A DNA stretch of 64,000 bases from Candidatus Omnitrophota bacterium (GTDB lineage Bacteria; Omnitrophota; Gorgyraeia; Gygaellales; Profunditerraquicolaceae): the NCBI GenBank assembly GCA_028715785.1, contig JAQURC010000001.1:204766-268765 (forward strand). The letters are read 5' to 3'. A model generated the notes under the pieces. It made no database searches. It was not told where the DNA came from and saw only the letters and a list, made by a program, of their open reading frames with translations. Within the stretch, counting starts at the first letter, position 1. Every line of letters starts with the position of its first letter. Shown here one piece after another: positions 18,963 to 28,770 of the stretch. A program made the position numbers and the translations under genes.

Positions 18963-19785
18963 TTCTCTGAATAACAGCATGGATGCTTGATTCCGGGGTA
19001 GAGGCGCCGGCGGTTATGCCTACGTTTTTAGCATTATTTAACCAGGGTTTTTTTATTTCTTTGGCAGAGCTGATCCAGTAGGTGCGGTTATTTAAAGGCT
19101 TGGCGATCTCATAAATTCTTTTGGTATTGGCGCTTGTTTTGGAGCCGATAATAATCATCACATCGTTTTTCAGCGGCATAGTTTTGACTTCCCCTTGCTT
19201 GATCCTGGTGGGATTGCAGATAGTGTTATGAAATTCAACTATCGGTATATACCGGCGCAGCACATCCAGGATCTTCTGCACATTATCCAGGTTTTGAGTT
19301 GATTGCACGACCACCCCCGCCCGCCGGATATGTTTGATTTTTTCTATCGGTATATTTTCAAGTTTATCGATTATAACCGCCTTTGATTTAAGCCCTCCGG
19401 CAATCCCCTGCACTTCATCGTGCCGCTTATCCCCGATGACGATTATCCGGCAGCCGCTATTTTCCAATTTACCGGCGATCGCGTGTATTTCTTTTACCAT
19501 CGGGCAGGTAGCGTCGATGATCGTATAACCTAAATCCAATGCTTTCTTTAATGTTTTATTGGAGCAGCCATGCGCCCGGATGAGCAATGTTTTTCCGGCG
19601 CCCCTGCCAAGCCGGCTGATTTTTTTGATCCCGGCGCGCTGGATCTGCCTGACCACCTCTTCGTTATGCACGATATCACCGAGCATAAATATGGGTTTCT
19701 TGGTTTTTACGGTTTCCAGGGCGATAGTAATTGCCTTCCTTACCCCGAAACAGAATCCCGCTGATTTTGCCAAGTGTATTTTCAT
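18949..19785 (-). CDS. ispH: 4-hydroxy-3-methylbut-2-enyl diphosphate reductase
   Basis: N-terminus MKIHLAKSAGFCFGVRKAI and the conserved Cys ligands. Confidence 0.9.
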   Translation of the reverse strand: MKIHLAKSAGFCFGVRKAITIALETVKTKKPIFMLGDIVHNEEVVRQIQRAGIKKISRLGRGAGKTLLIRAHGCSNKTLKKALDLGYTIIDATCPMVKEIHAIAGKLENSGCRIIVIGDKRHDEVQGIAGGLKSKAVIIDKLENIPIEKIKHIRRAGVVVQSTQNLDNVQKILDVLRRYIPIVEFHNTICNPTRIKQGEVKTMPLKNDVMIIIGSKTSANTKRIYEIAKPLNNRTYWISSAKEIKKPWLNNAKNVGITAGASTPESSIHAVIQRIKTL

Positions 19786-20822
19786 ACTTTAAGGATTTTT
19801 TGGGAAAAATCAACCAGCGCCTGTTTATATCTTTTATCCATTTTTAAGCCGTCAATTTGATTTGCGGCTTTTACGGATAAATATTTTATCTGATTTTGCG
19901 CGTAAGCCAGCGCTCCGGTTTTAACAATAATTTCGCGTATTTTAATAAACCCGCTCTCCTTTACGGATTTTCCCCCCATAATTCTTTTTATCGCCAGCTT
20001 CTCTTTTCTGCCGGATTTAGCGAAGGCATACCAGATAAGCAGGGTTCTTTTCGCTTCTTTAATGTCGGTTATATTCGATTTACCGGTTTCTTTTTCTTCG
20101 CCGAATGTTCCGATTATATCGTCTTTGATCTGGAATGCCCTGCCCAGGAGCATGCCGTAAGAATACAGTTTTTTAATCTGGCTGGTTTTTGCTCCGGCAA
20201 GAGTAGCCCCCATAGCCAGCGGGGAGGCAAAAGTGTAGTTTGCGGTTTTATAGTCATAAATTTTGTAAATATCTTCCCGGGTAACTTTCTCGATGGGCTT
20301 GATTCCCAGCAATAGCTCAATAAATTCTCCGCTGCCTGTGTATAAGGCGGCCCGGATAAGTTTTTCCAGCGCTGCTTCTTTGCGTTTTGGATCCTCTTTG
20401 ACCGCCAAAAAAGCATCCAGGGCCATGGCGTAGATAACATCGCCGGCGACTATGGCTAAATCTTCTCCGCTGAACTTAACTTTTTTATTTCCGGAAAGAT
20501 ATTTCTTTAACCGGGTATGCATCGAGGGTTTGCCGCGGCGCATAGAGGATTTGTCGATAATATCATCATGGACCAGCATGAAGTCATGCAGCAGCTCTAA
20601 GGAGAGGGCGCTGCGGTAAAGGCTCAAAGGATTCTTTTTCGAAAACCCGAGATAGCCGATACAGAATAAGATCGGCCTTACCCTTTTGCCGTCGCGTAAA
20701 ATAAACTCTTTTATGCTTTTAAAAAGTATAGGAGAGAGCTTGTTTAAGGTGTATAATTGGTCTATCGAGCGGGTATAGACACGCAGTTCTTTTTCAATTC
20801 TATTTTTAATTTTCAAAAACAT
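19782..20822 (-). CDS. polyprenyl diphosphate synthase (trans-IPPS family)
   Basis: First DDxxD motif LVHDDIIDKSSMRRGKP and second QIKDDI. Confidence 0.85.
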   Translation of the reverse strand: MFLKIKNRIEKELRVYTRSIDQLYTLNKLSPILFKSIKEFILRDGKRVRPILFCIGYLGFSKKNPLSLYRSALSLELLHDFMLVHDDIIDKSSMRRGKPSMHTRLKKYLSGNKKVKFSGEDLAIVAGDVIYAMALDAFLAVKEDPKRKEAALEKLIRAALYTGSGEFIELLLGIKPIEKVTREDIYKIYDYKTANYTFASPLAMGATLAGAKTSQIKKLYSYGMLLGRAFQIKDDIIGTFGEEKETGKSNITDIKEAKRTLLIWYAFAKSGRKEKLAIKRIMGGKSVKESGFIKIREIIVKTGALAYAQNQIKYLSVKAANQIDGLKMDKRYKQALVDFSQKILKV

Positions 20823-20876
20823 AGGGTTATGTTAACATATAAAATATAGTTGTGCAATTATTTTACCTTTTTTGAT

Positions 20877-22004
20877 ATGAAGAAGGTCATGATTATCGGC
20901 GCCGGTTTTGCCGGCTTAAGCGCGGCAAGAAGGTTATCCGGTCGCGGCTTGGGGCTTAAGGTTACTCTTTTTGACAAAAAAGGATATTCTGATTTCCTGC
21001 CGCTTCTTCCTGACTGCATCGGCAGGGGCATTAACCCCCAATTTCTTATCTGCGATATCGCAAAAATTTGCCGGCAGCTTAAAATAAATTTTATTAAAGA
21101 AGAAGTTGTTTCCGTAGACCTTGAGTCTAAACATGTTTTTATCTCATCAGCCAACTATGTTTATGATTATTTGATTATTGCCAGCGGCAGCCAGACAAAC
21201 TTTTTTTCTAACCAGGCGGCGCAAAATTATGCTTATGCTTTAAACAATACAAATGATGCTAAAAAGATAAATGAGGCGCTTGTTAGCAATAAATTCGAGC
21301 ATTTTATCGTCTGCGGAGGAGGTTACACCGGAGTAGAGGCCGCCGCTAACTTATGGCTGTATTTTAAAAAAGCCGGCTTGGAGAAGAAAATTATTATTGT
21401 TGAACGGGCGCCGTCAATATTAGGGCCCCTGCCGGATTGGATGAAAATTTATGCGCAGGATAATTTAAAGAGTATGGGGATTGAAGTCCTGGCCAATTCG
21501 GTTATCGAAGAGATAGAAGAGGATAAAGTCAGGGTTTCCGCCCGCCCGGTGTTTGAAAAAGCCATGCTTATCTGGGTACCCGGTGTAAGGACCGCCGATT
21601 TCATACAGAATCTGCCGGTTGAAAAGAACCCTCAGGGCAGGATAGTTGTGGACGAGTATTTAAGGGTAAACCCGCGCTGTTTTTGCGCCGGGGATACGGC
21701 TTTTTTCGAAGATAAAAATAATTTTTTAAGAATGGCGGTCCAGTTTGCCATTAACGAAGGCAACCAAGCGGCGGTTAACATAATCAGAAGCATCAAGGGC
21801 CTTGCGCTTGAAAAATTCCGTCCGCTGGATTTAGGTTATATTATTCCCCTGGCCAATAATAAGTCCTGCGGGGAGGTTTTTGGTTTCAAGGCAAAGGGGC
21901 GATTAGCGACGGGGCTGCATTTTATGATGTGTATTTTTCGCCTGCGGGGTTTAAGTAACCGCCGGGGTTTGATCCGTAATCTTTTAAGGCACCCCGCGCT
22001 ATAA
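20877..22004 (+). CDS. FAD-dependent pyridine nucleotide-disulfide oxidoreductase, type II NADH dehydrogenase-like
   Basis: GxGxxG motifs IIGAGFAG and VCGGGYTG. Start chosen at MKKVMIIG. Confidence 0.7.
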   Translation: MKKVMIIGAGFAGLSAARRLSGRGLGLKVTLFDKKGYSDFLPLLPDCIGRGINPQFLICDIAKICRQLKINFIKEEVVSVDLESKHVFISSANYVYDYLIIASGSQTNFFSNQAAQNYAYALNNTNDAKKINEALVSNKFEHFIVCGGGYTGVEAAANLWLYFKKAGLEKKIIIVERAPSILGPLPDWMKIYAQDNLKSMGIEVLANSVIEEIEEDKVRVSARPVFEKAMLIWVPGVRTADFIQNLPVEKNPQGRIVVDEYLRVNPRCFCAGDTAFFEDKNNFLRMAVQFAINEGNQAAVNIIRSIKGLALEKFRPLDLGYIIPLANNKSCGEVFGFKAKGRLATGLHFMMCIFRLRGLSNRRGLIRNLLRHPAL

Positions 22005-22045
22005 GGAATTGCGCGGGTATGCCCTTTTGGGCAAGGAGGTGAAAG

Positions 22046-22435
22046 ATGCTAGACTGGGGAATATTGGTTTTGAGGCTGGGAATAGGGATTATGTTTGTGG
22101 CGCATGGCCTGCAAATGGCTTTTGGATTATTCGGCGGGCCGGGAGTCAGAGGTTTTTCCGGGATGCTTACCAGTTTAGGGTTTTTCCCGGCGATATTCTG
22201 GTCCTACGTTGCCTCATATACGGTGTTAGCCGGGGGGCTATTGCTGATTGCCGGGGTGCAAACCCAGGCGGCCGCGACCCTGCTTTTGGTTTTTATCCTT
22301 ACTGCCGCGATAAAAGTGCATTTAAGTAAAGGATTCTTTTTGTCTAACGGCGGTTTTGAGTATACCTTTGTTATTGCCGCAACCTGCCTTGCCCTTATTT
22401 TATTGGGCCCGGGAAAGTTCACTATTTTCCGTTGA
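22046..22435 (+). CDS. DoxX family membrane protein
   Basis: Four-TM hydropathy and the DoxX-like N-terminus MLDWGILVLRLGIG. Confidence 0.65.
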   Translation: MLDWGILVLRLGIGIMFVAHGLQMAFGLFGGPGVRGFSGMLTSLGFFPAIFWSYVASYTVLAGGLLLIAGVQTQAAATLLLVFILTAAIKVHLSKGFFLSNGGFEYTFVIAATCLALILLGPGKFTIFR

Positions 22436-22466
22436 TTGGCGGATTTATTGTGCTATATTTAATAAC

Positions 22467-23642
22467 ATGCTGAAAATAACGCGGGATTTTTTTATCTTTT
22501 TACTGCTGGCCGCACTATTGCCGGCAAAAATCCTGGCAGCTGATAAACAGGATCTGCCCAGGCTGATTATCTTTCATTCACTTAGCTGCCACCGGTGCGT
22601 TGAGGTAAAGCAGGAGGTAATGCCCGCCCTTGAGAATGAATTTAAGGATAAGCTTATTTTTGAGTACCGTGATATAGGCCAGATCGAGAATTACACGATG
22701 GTTTTGGGCTTGTTGAAGAAGAGCGGCGCCAGCACTTCATTTCAGACTCCGCTTTTTTATTTGGGGGGTAAATTTCTGAGCGCGCAGGGACAGGTTGGAG
22801 ATAATTTACGTAATTTTATTCTGCAAGGTTTGAAGAATATCCAGCCAGCGGCGCAGCCCGCCGGCTTTGATTTAACCGCGCATTTTAAAAGTTTTGTCCC
22901 GGCGGCAATAATTATCGCCGGGCTTGAGGATGGGATAAATCCCTGCGCCTTTACGGTGATTGTATTCTTTATATCTTTTCTTGCCGTGCAGGGTTACCGC
23001 AGGAGAGACCTTATTTTTATCGGTGCGGCGTTTATCTTTGCCGTATTCCTGACCTATTTAGGTATTGGTTTGGGGATTTTTAATTTCTTTTATCATTTTA
23101 AGGGGTTTGGGTTGATCAGCCGCTGGTTTAACCTGATTATCGGGGCTTTGAGCATTTTGTTTGGTATCTTGGCTGTTTATGATTTTATCAAATTTAAGAA
23201 AACCGGCTCTACCGATGAATTAATCTTGCAGCTGCCTAAACCGGTTAAGGAGCGTATCCATAAGGTGATCGGATTTTTTTACCGCAAGAGCCCGGAAGAG
23301 AAAGAGGGCAAATCCTTGCCCGGCGTTGGCAAGCTTGTGCTTAGCGCCCTGATTACCGGATTTTTGGTTTCACTGCTTGAGGCGGTCTGCACCGGCCAGA
23401 TGTATTTACCGACGATATCCTTTGTCTTAAAATCCAGCACCCTTAAACTGCAAGCCTTGGGATATCTTTTGTTGTATAATATCATGTTTGTAATTCCGCT
23501 GATCGTGATTTTAATTCTTGCGCTCTTGGGCACATCCAGCGCGCAGTTTTCTAACTTTCTAAAAAAGCATCTGGGGCTGATAAAAATTCTCATGGCAGTT
23601 TTATTTTTTAGTTTGGGGTTATTCTTAATCTGGAGAGCTTAA
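22467..23642 (+). CDS. thioredoxin-like domain fused to a CcdA/DsbD-family thiol-disulfide transporter
   Basis: Signal peptide, then a CHRC motif, then a multi-TM region with the GINPCAF motif. Confidence 0.6.
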   Translation: MLKITRDFFIFLLLAALLPAKILAADKQDLPRLIIFHSLSCHRCVEVKQEVMPALENEFKDKLIFEYRDIGQIENYTMVLGLLKKSGASTSFQTPLFYLGGKFLSAQGQVGDNLRNFILQGLKNIQPAAQPAGFDLTAHFKSFVPAAIIIAGLEDGINPCAFTVIVFFISFLAVQGYRRRDLIFIGAAFIFAVFLTYLGIGLGIFNFFYHFKGFGLISRWFNLIIGALSILFGILAVYDFIKFKKTGSTDELILQLPKPVKERIHKVIGFFYRKSPEEKEGKSLPGVGKLVLSALITGFLVSLLEAVCTGQMYLPTISFVLKSSTLKLQALGYLLLYNIMFVIPLIVILILALLGTSSAQFSNFLKKHLGLIKILMAVLFFSLGLFLIWRA

Positions 23643-24013
23643 TGCGTAAGATCATAAGTCTATTTTGCTTTAGTTTTTTAATTTTCCAGCTGGCTTGTGC
23701 GGAGAAAGAAGTTATTGATCCTAATCTATGGGATTTTGGCAAGGCCAAACAGGGGCAGGTCTTAAAACACGATTTTCTATTTAAGAATGAGACTAAAAGT
23801 GTTTTAAATATAACCGGCGTAAACACATCCTGCGGATGCACTGCTTCGCAGTCGGACAAGAAATCTTTAAAACCCGGGGAGAGCACGGCGATAAATGTAA
23901 GTTTTAACTCCCATGGCTACCTGGGTGAAGTTAAGCAGTTTATATATGTCAATACCGATAATGCCGATCTGGCAGTAGTCAGATTCACAATTAAAGCTCA
24001 AATAACCAAATAA
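23642..24013 (+). CDS. secreted DUF1573-like protein
   Basis: Signal peptide and a beta-rich segment of about 100 aa. Confidence 0.4.
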   Translation: MRKIISLFCFSFLIFQLACAEKEVIDPNLWDFGKAKQGQVLKHDFLFKNETKSVLNITGVNTSCGCTASQSDKKSLKPGESTAINVSFNSHGYLGEVKQFIYVNTDNADLAVVRFTIKAQITK

Positions 24014-24020
24014 AGAGAGG

Positions 24021-24992
24021 ATGGATAATATGTGGTCATTACAGTTGAGGATGTGGTTATTGGTAACTCTTTTGTTCGGGATTATTTACGCCTTGATCGT
24101 CATCGTCGGAAGAAGTTTTTTGCACGTGGGAGGTTTTAGCTTCTATTTAATTATCTCCCTGGTAATGATGTTTATCCAGTATATGCTGGGGCCCAAGCTT
24201 GTGGAATGGAGTATGCGCGTAAAATACATCAAGCGGGAAGAAAACCCCCGCCTGTTCCAGATGGTGGAATCTTTGAGCGTGCGCGCAAATATTCCTATGC
24301 CCAGGATCGGCATTGCCCAGATCGATATACCCAACGCCTTTGCTTTTGGCCGCTCGATCAGAGATGGCAGGGTATGCGTAACCGCCGGGATTATGAGGTT
24401 GCTCGACGATGAAGAATTAAAGGCGGTGCTTGGGCATGAATTAAGCCACCTGAAGAATCGTGATGTCCTGACGATTACCTTGCTTTCAGTGATCCCGATG
24501 ATTATGTACCGGATTGCCTGGCAGTTTTTATTTTATGGCCGCCGGCGTGATGAGCGGGGCGGCAATACCGTATTGATCGGCCTGGCCGCTTTCTTATTTT
24601 ATTTCCTGACCAATCTTTTGGTACTTTATGCCTCGCGTATCCGGGAGTATTTTGCCGACCGGGGTTCGGTGCTTTTGGGGAACCAACCCAAGGCTTTGGC
24701 TTCCAGCCTTTATAAATTGGCTTACGGGTCAGCAAAATTAAATCCGGAATCTCTAAAACAAACTGAAGGAATGAAGGCTTTCTTCATCAACGACCCGTCT
24801 CGAGGCCGCAAGGAAGTCCTGGAGTTAGCGCAATTGGATCTGGATAAAAGCGGCACGATTGATGCTTCTGAGCTGGATTTACTTAGAAGATCAAGTATAC
24901 GCCTGAATTTAGGGGATAAGATGCTTGAGCTTTTAAGCACGCACCCGAATATGCTTAAGCGTATCAAGAAGCTTTCCGAATATAGGGCATAA
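24021..24992 (+). CDS. htpX: M48 family zinc metalloprotease
   Basis: HELSHLKNRD zinc motif and four transmembrane segments. Confidence 0.8.
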   Translation: MDNMWSLQLRMWLLVTLLFGIIYALIVIVGRSFLHVGGFSFYLIISLVMMFIQYMLGPKLVEWSMRVKYIKREENPRLFQMVESLSVRANIPMPRIGIAQIDIPNAFAFGRSIRDGRVCVTAGIMRLLDDEELKAVLGHELSHLKNRDVLTITLLSVIPMIMYRIAWQFLFYGRRRDERGGNTVLIGLAAFLFYFLTNLLVLYASRIREYFADRGSVLLGNQPKALASSLYKLAYGSAKLNPESLKQTEGMKAFFINDPSRGRKEVLELAQLDLDKSGTIDASELDLLRRSSIRLNLGDKMLELLSTHPNMLKRIKKLSEYRA

Positions 24993-25065
24993 CTCCATCT
25001 GCTTTCCGCAAAAGCTGGAAATTTTATGAAATAGCATATATTATTAGCGGGTGGCAAGCCTTGGG

Positions 25066-25205
25066 CTCGAACAGCATCTCAAAAATTCGAGCGGGCAAGG
25101 TTCCGCCGAAGGCGGAGAGCAAGAATTTTTGCCGAAGCGAAGATTTTCCACGCTGGGGAAAATCGAGCGGTGCTGCGAGAGACAAGGCTTGACAGGACCC
25201 GCGTA
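25066..25205 (+). repeat. structured intergenic repeat, copy A of a three-copy family
   Basis: Shares the core GAGCGGGCA-GGTT…GCCGAAGCG-AG…GCTGGGG…GGTGCTGCGAGA-ACAAGGC with 41703-41840 and 57411-57553. Confidence 0.6.
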
Positions 25206-25293
25206 AAGTATTAAATTTCCCTTTAAAATTTACAGCTTTATCCCTCCATTTTCTTTTGACATAACCCTAAATCTACTATATAATTACTAAACT

Positions 25294-26787
25294 ATGGACA
25301 TTAATGAGATTATTCAGCAAAGAATTGCCAAATTAGGGGCGCTTAAAGCTAAAAATGTGCCTTTATACCCTGCCAATGTGCCTTTACATTTAACTATTGG
25401 TGAGGCCTTGGCTAATTTTGAAGAAGGTAAAAAGGTTACTCTTTGCGGCAGGGTTATGGCTAACCGCGGCCACGGTAAGGTCAATTTTATGGACCTGCGG
25501 GATGCCACCGGCAAGATCCAGCTTTATGTCAAAAGGGATATTATCGGAGAAGAAAAAGCCGCGCTTCTTGAGCAGTTGGATATTGCCGATATCATCAGCG
25601 CAAGTGGAGAGCTTTTTAAAACCCACACCGGTGAATTCACGCTCAAGGTCGAAGATTTTAACATCTTATCCAAGGCCCTGCGGCCTTTACCTGAAAAATG
25701 GCATGGTTTAAAAGACGTTGAACTGCGTTATAGGCAGCGTTACCTGGATTTGCTTTCCAATGAAGAGGTAAAAAAAGTATTTTTGTTGCGGGCAAAGATC
25801 ATCCGGGCTATCCGTAATTTTCTCGACGAGCGAGGTTTCCTGGAGGTTGAGACTCCGATGATGCATGATATCCCGGGGGGCGCCGCCGGAAGGCCTTTTA
25901 AGACCTTCCATAACGAATACGGAATGGATTTATTTTTAAGGATTGCCCCGGAGCTTTATTTAAAACGGCTTCTGGTGGGCGGGCTTGACCGGGTCTATGA
26001 GATTAACCGCTCTTTTCGCAATGAAGGCGTATCCACGCGGCATAATCCGGAGTTTACGATGCTGGAGGTTTATCAGGCCTACACTGATTGCGAAGGGATG
26101 ATCAATTTAACGCAGGATTTAATTTGCCATATCGCCAAAGAGGTTTTAGGCAAAGAGGAGCTGGTTTATCAGGGTAAGATCCTTAGCCTCAAAGTTCCCT
26201 GGGCCCGGCAGTCATTCGCCCAATTGGTTAAGGATAAGTTTGGAATAGAGCCGCAAGATGATGCGGCTAAAATGCTTAATAAATTACAGGCAAAGGGATA
26301 TGCTTCGGATAAGGACCGCCTGAGCCGCTCTCAAATAAATAAAATTGTTGAGGACGCCCTGGAGCAGGAGCTGCAAGCCAATCCGGTTTTCATTACGGAT
26401 TATTTTACCAGCCTTTGTCCTTTGGCCAAGGTTAATAAAGATAACCCGTTGATTTCAGAGAGGTTTGAGCTCTACGTCGCGGGGATGGAGATTGCCAATG
26501 CTTATTCTGAGTTGAATGACCCCTTGGAACAGCGCCGGCGTTTTGAAGAAGAGATTAATGACCTTGCATCCGAAGAAAATAAGTTAGAGAATAATGGTTT
26601 GGCTTCCAATAGCCAAAGCCAGAAAAACGTGGATAATGATTATCTTTTAGCCTTAGAGCACGGTATGCCTCCGGCAGGAGGATTGGGCATCGGCATTGAC
26701 CGGCTGCTGATGTTATTTACGGACCAGGCCTCAATCAGGGATGTAATTTTATTTCCTTTGCTGCGGCCGGTGGAAGAGGTAATATGA
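25294..26787 (+). CDS. lysS: lysine-tRNA ligase (class II)
   Basis: Class II aaRS motifs, OB-fold N-domain and GGLGIGIDRL motif 3. Confidence 0.9.
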   Translation: MDINEIIQQRIAKLGALKAKNVPLYPANVPLHLTIGEALANFEEGKKVTLCGRVMANRGHGKVNFMDLRDATGKIQLYVKRDIIGEEKAALLEQLDIADIISASGELFKTHTGEFTLKVEDFNILSKALRPLPEKWHGLKDVELRYRQRYLDLLSNEEVKKVFLLRAKIIRAIRNFLDERGFLEVETPMMHDIPGGAAGRPFKTFHNEYGMDLFLRIAPELYLKRLLVGGLDRVYEINRSFRNEGVSTRHNPEFTMLEVYQAYTDCEGMINLTQDLICHIAKEVLGKEELVYQGKILSLKVPWARQSFAQLVKDKFGIEPQDDAAKMLNKLQAKGYASDKDRLSRSQINKIVEDALEQELQANPVFITDYFTSLCPLAKVNKDNPLISERFELYVAGMEIANAYSELNDPLEQRRRFEEEINDLASEENKLENNGLASNSQSQKNVDNDYLLALEHGMPPAGGLGIGIDRLLMLFTDQASIRDVILFPLLRPVEEVI

Positions 26788-27995
26788 TTTCAGAATTATG
26801 GCTTAGCCAAAGATATTTAAGGGCAGGCAAAAAAGAAAAAATTATCTCCATCACCGCCCTGATTTCGATGGTCGGTATCGGTATCGGAGTGATGGTATTA
26901 ATTGTGGTTATCTCGGTAATGAGCGGATTTGACCGGTTCCTGGAGGATAAAATGGTCGGCACCAATGCCCACCTTTCGCTTGAGTTTCAAGGCGGGTCAA
27001 AGGATCCCTACCGGGTAATCGATAAGTTAAAAACTTTTTCTTATGTCAAAGGCGCCGCTCCTTTTATTAGCGGCCAAGCCCTGGTAAAAAGCGGGAAATC
27101 TATTTTCGGGGTAGAGGTGCGCGGCATAGACCCGAAATCGCAGGCAGAGATATCCAAGATCAATGAGTATTTAAAACTAGGCAGCTATAATTTGACAGGC
27201 AATGAGGTGGCCGTAGGAGAGGAGTTGTCTTTGCGCCTGAATCTGGCTATCGGCGATAGTATCAGCCTGATCTCTCCGGTTACTTTGGCCAAAACCGATT
27301 TTAATATCAAAGGTATTTTTAACAGCGGGATGTATCTTTATGATTCCGGCCTGATTTTAACCAGTATTAAAGGGGCGCAGGATTTTTATAAAATTCCCGA
27401 TACGGTAAGCGGGATCGCCATCAAAGTAGATAATATTTATAAAGTAGAGGATGTAAAGGAGAAGCTGTATCGGGACTTAAAAGGTTTTGGGGCTTACCAG
27501 GCGCGCACCTGGATAGATGCGAACAGGAATTTCCTGGAGGCTTTAAAGCTTGAGAAAATAGTTATGTTTATCGTAGTGACGATGACGACCGTGGTTGCCG
27601 CGTTCGGTATTGTGGGCACCCTGATTATGTCGGTGATGAGCAGGATAAAGGATATCGGGATTCTGCGTTCGGTCGGAGCCAAAACCAAAAGTATCCTGCA
27701 GATTTTTGTTTTTCAGGGTATGGCCATCGGCTTAAGCGGTATTTTGCTGGGGTTGGCCGCAGGGGTATCTTTGGCGTTTTCGTTAGACAAAGTCGTGGAT
27801 ATAATCTCCCGGATTATCGGCAGGAGCCTGATTCCGCAGGATATTTATTATTTTAACCGTATCCCGGTCAATATCAACAGCGCGGATATCAGCTTGATCG
27901 TAATCTGTGCCCTGGTCATAACTTTACTTGCCAGTATTTATCCGGCATATTACGCCACCAGGATAATTCCCAGCGAGGCGGTCCGGCATGAATAA
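26784..27995 (+). CDS. lipoprotein-releasing system permease (LolC/E family, FtsX-like)
   Basis: MacB-like periplasmic domain between TM1 and TM2. Paired with lolD. Confidence 0.8.
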   Translation: MISELWLSQRYLRAGKKEKIISITALISMVGIGIGVMVLIVVISVMSGFDRFLEDKMVGTNAHLSLEFQGGSKDPYRVIDKLKTFSYVKGAAPFISGQALVKSGKSIFGVEVRGIDPKSQAEISKINEYLKLGSYNLTGNEVAVGEELSLRLNLAIGDSISLISPVTLAKTDFNIKGIFNSGMYLYDSGLILTSIKGAQDFYKIPDTVSGIAIKVDNIYKVEDVKEKLYRDLKGFGAYQARTWIDANRNFLEALKLEKIVMFIVVTMTTVVAAFGIVGTLIMSVMSRIKDIGILRSVGAKTKSILQIFVFQGMAIGLSGILLGLAAGVSLAFSLDKVVDIISRIIGRSLIPQDIYYFNRIPVNINSADISLIVICALVITLLASIYPAYYATRIIPSEAVRHE

Positions 27996-28671
27996 CAAGG
28001 AGATGCTTAAGGCCAGTTCGATTTGTAAAAGTTACCGTGATATTACCAGCAACCTCGAAGTATTAAGGAATATAAATTTTAGCGTAGCCGAGGGGGAATT
28101 CCTGGCGATCCAGGGGCCCTCGGGAGCGGGAAAATCAACACTCCTGCATATTTTAGGGGGTTTGGATAACCCAACCGCGGGTAAAGTTTATTTTGAAGGA
28201 AACAGTGTCTATGGCTTAAATGAAGACGAGCTGGCGGGTTTCCGTAACCGCAAAGTTGGTTTTGTTTTTCAGTTTTTTCATTTGTTACCGGAGCTAAACG
28301 CCCTGGAAAATGTTTTACTGCCCGGCATTTTAAAATCGTGGTGGGAAAGGAAAAAAAGCCAAGCTGCCGCCGCGGAACTTTTAGAAAGATTGGGTTTAGG
28401 GCAAAGGCTTACGCACCGGCCGCCCGCTCTGTCCGGCGGAGAGCAGCAGAGGGTGGCGATCGCCCGGGCATTAATCAATAAGCCGCGCCTTTTGCTTTGC
28501 GATGAACCGACGGGTAATTTAGATTCAGAGAACGGAAAAAATATCCTGCGGCTTTTAATCGACCTTAACCGTAACGAGAAAATAACGATTGTCATGGTTA
28601 CTCATGATAAGGAGATTGCTATCGGGGCAAGCAGGGTCATCCATCTGAAAGACGGAGTCATTTTACATTAG
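27988..28671 (+). CDS. lolD: lipoprotein-releasing system ATP-binding protein
   Basis: Walker A GPSGAGKST, LSGGEQQR signature and Walker B LLLCDEPTGNLD. Confidence 0.85.
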   Translation: MNNKEMLKASSICKSYRDITSNLEVLRNINFSVAEGEFLAIQGPSGAGKSTLLHILGGLDNPTAGKVYFEGNSVYGLNEDELAGFRNRKVGFVFQFFHLLPELNALENVLLPGILKSWWERKKSQAAAAELLERLGLGQRLTHRPPALSGGEQQRVAIARALINKPRLLLCDEPTGNLDSENGKNILRLLIDLNRNEKITIVMVTHDKEIAIGASRVIHLKDGVILH

Positions 28672-28676
28672 TTCCC

Positions 28677-28750
28677 GTCATTGCGAGCCACGTAGTGGCG
28701 AAGCAATCTCGATTTGGATTGCTTCGTCGCCTACGGCTCCTCGCAATGAC
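28677..28750 (+). repeat. 74-nt imperfect palindrome (hairpin) between lolD and ilvE
   Basis: GTCATTGCGAGCC…GAAGCAATC / GATTGCTTC…GCTCCTCGCAATGAC. Confidence 0.5.
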
Positions 28751-28770
28751 ACCTTATATGAGAGGAGAAA

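Noticed and set aside
22009-22329. 106-aa ORF overlapping the DoxX gene in another frame
   Set aside because: DoxX is the coherent membrane protein. This frame has a Gly/Arg-rich composition typical of an off-frame artefact.
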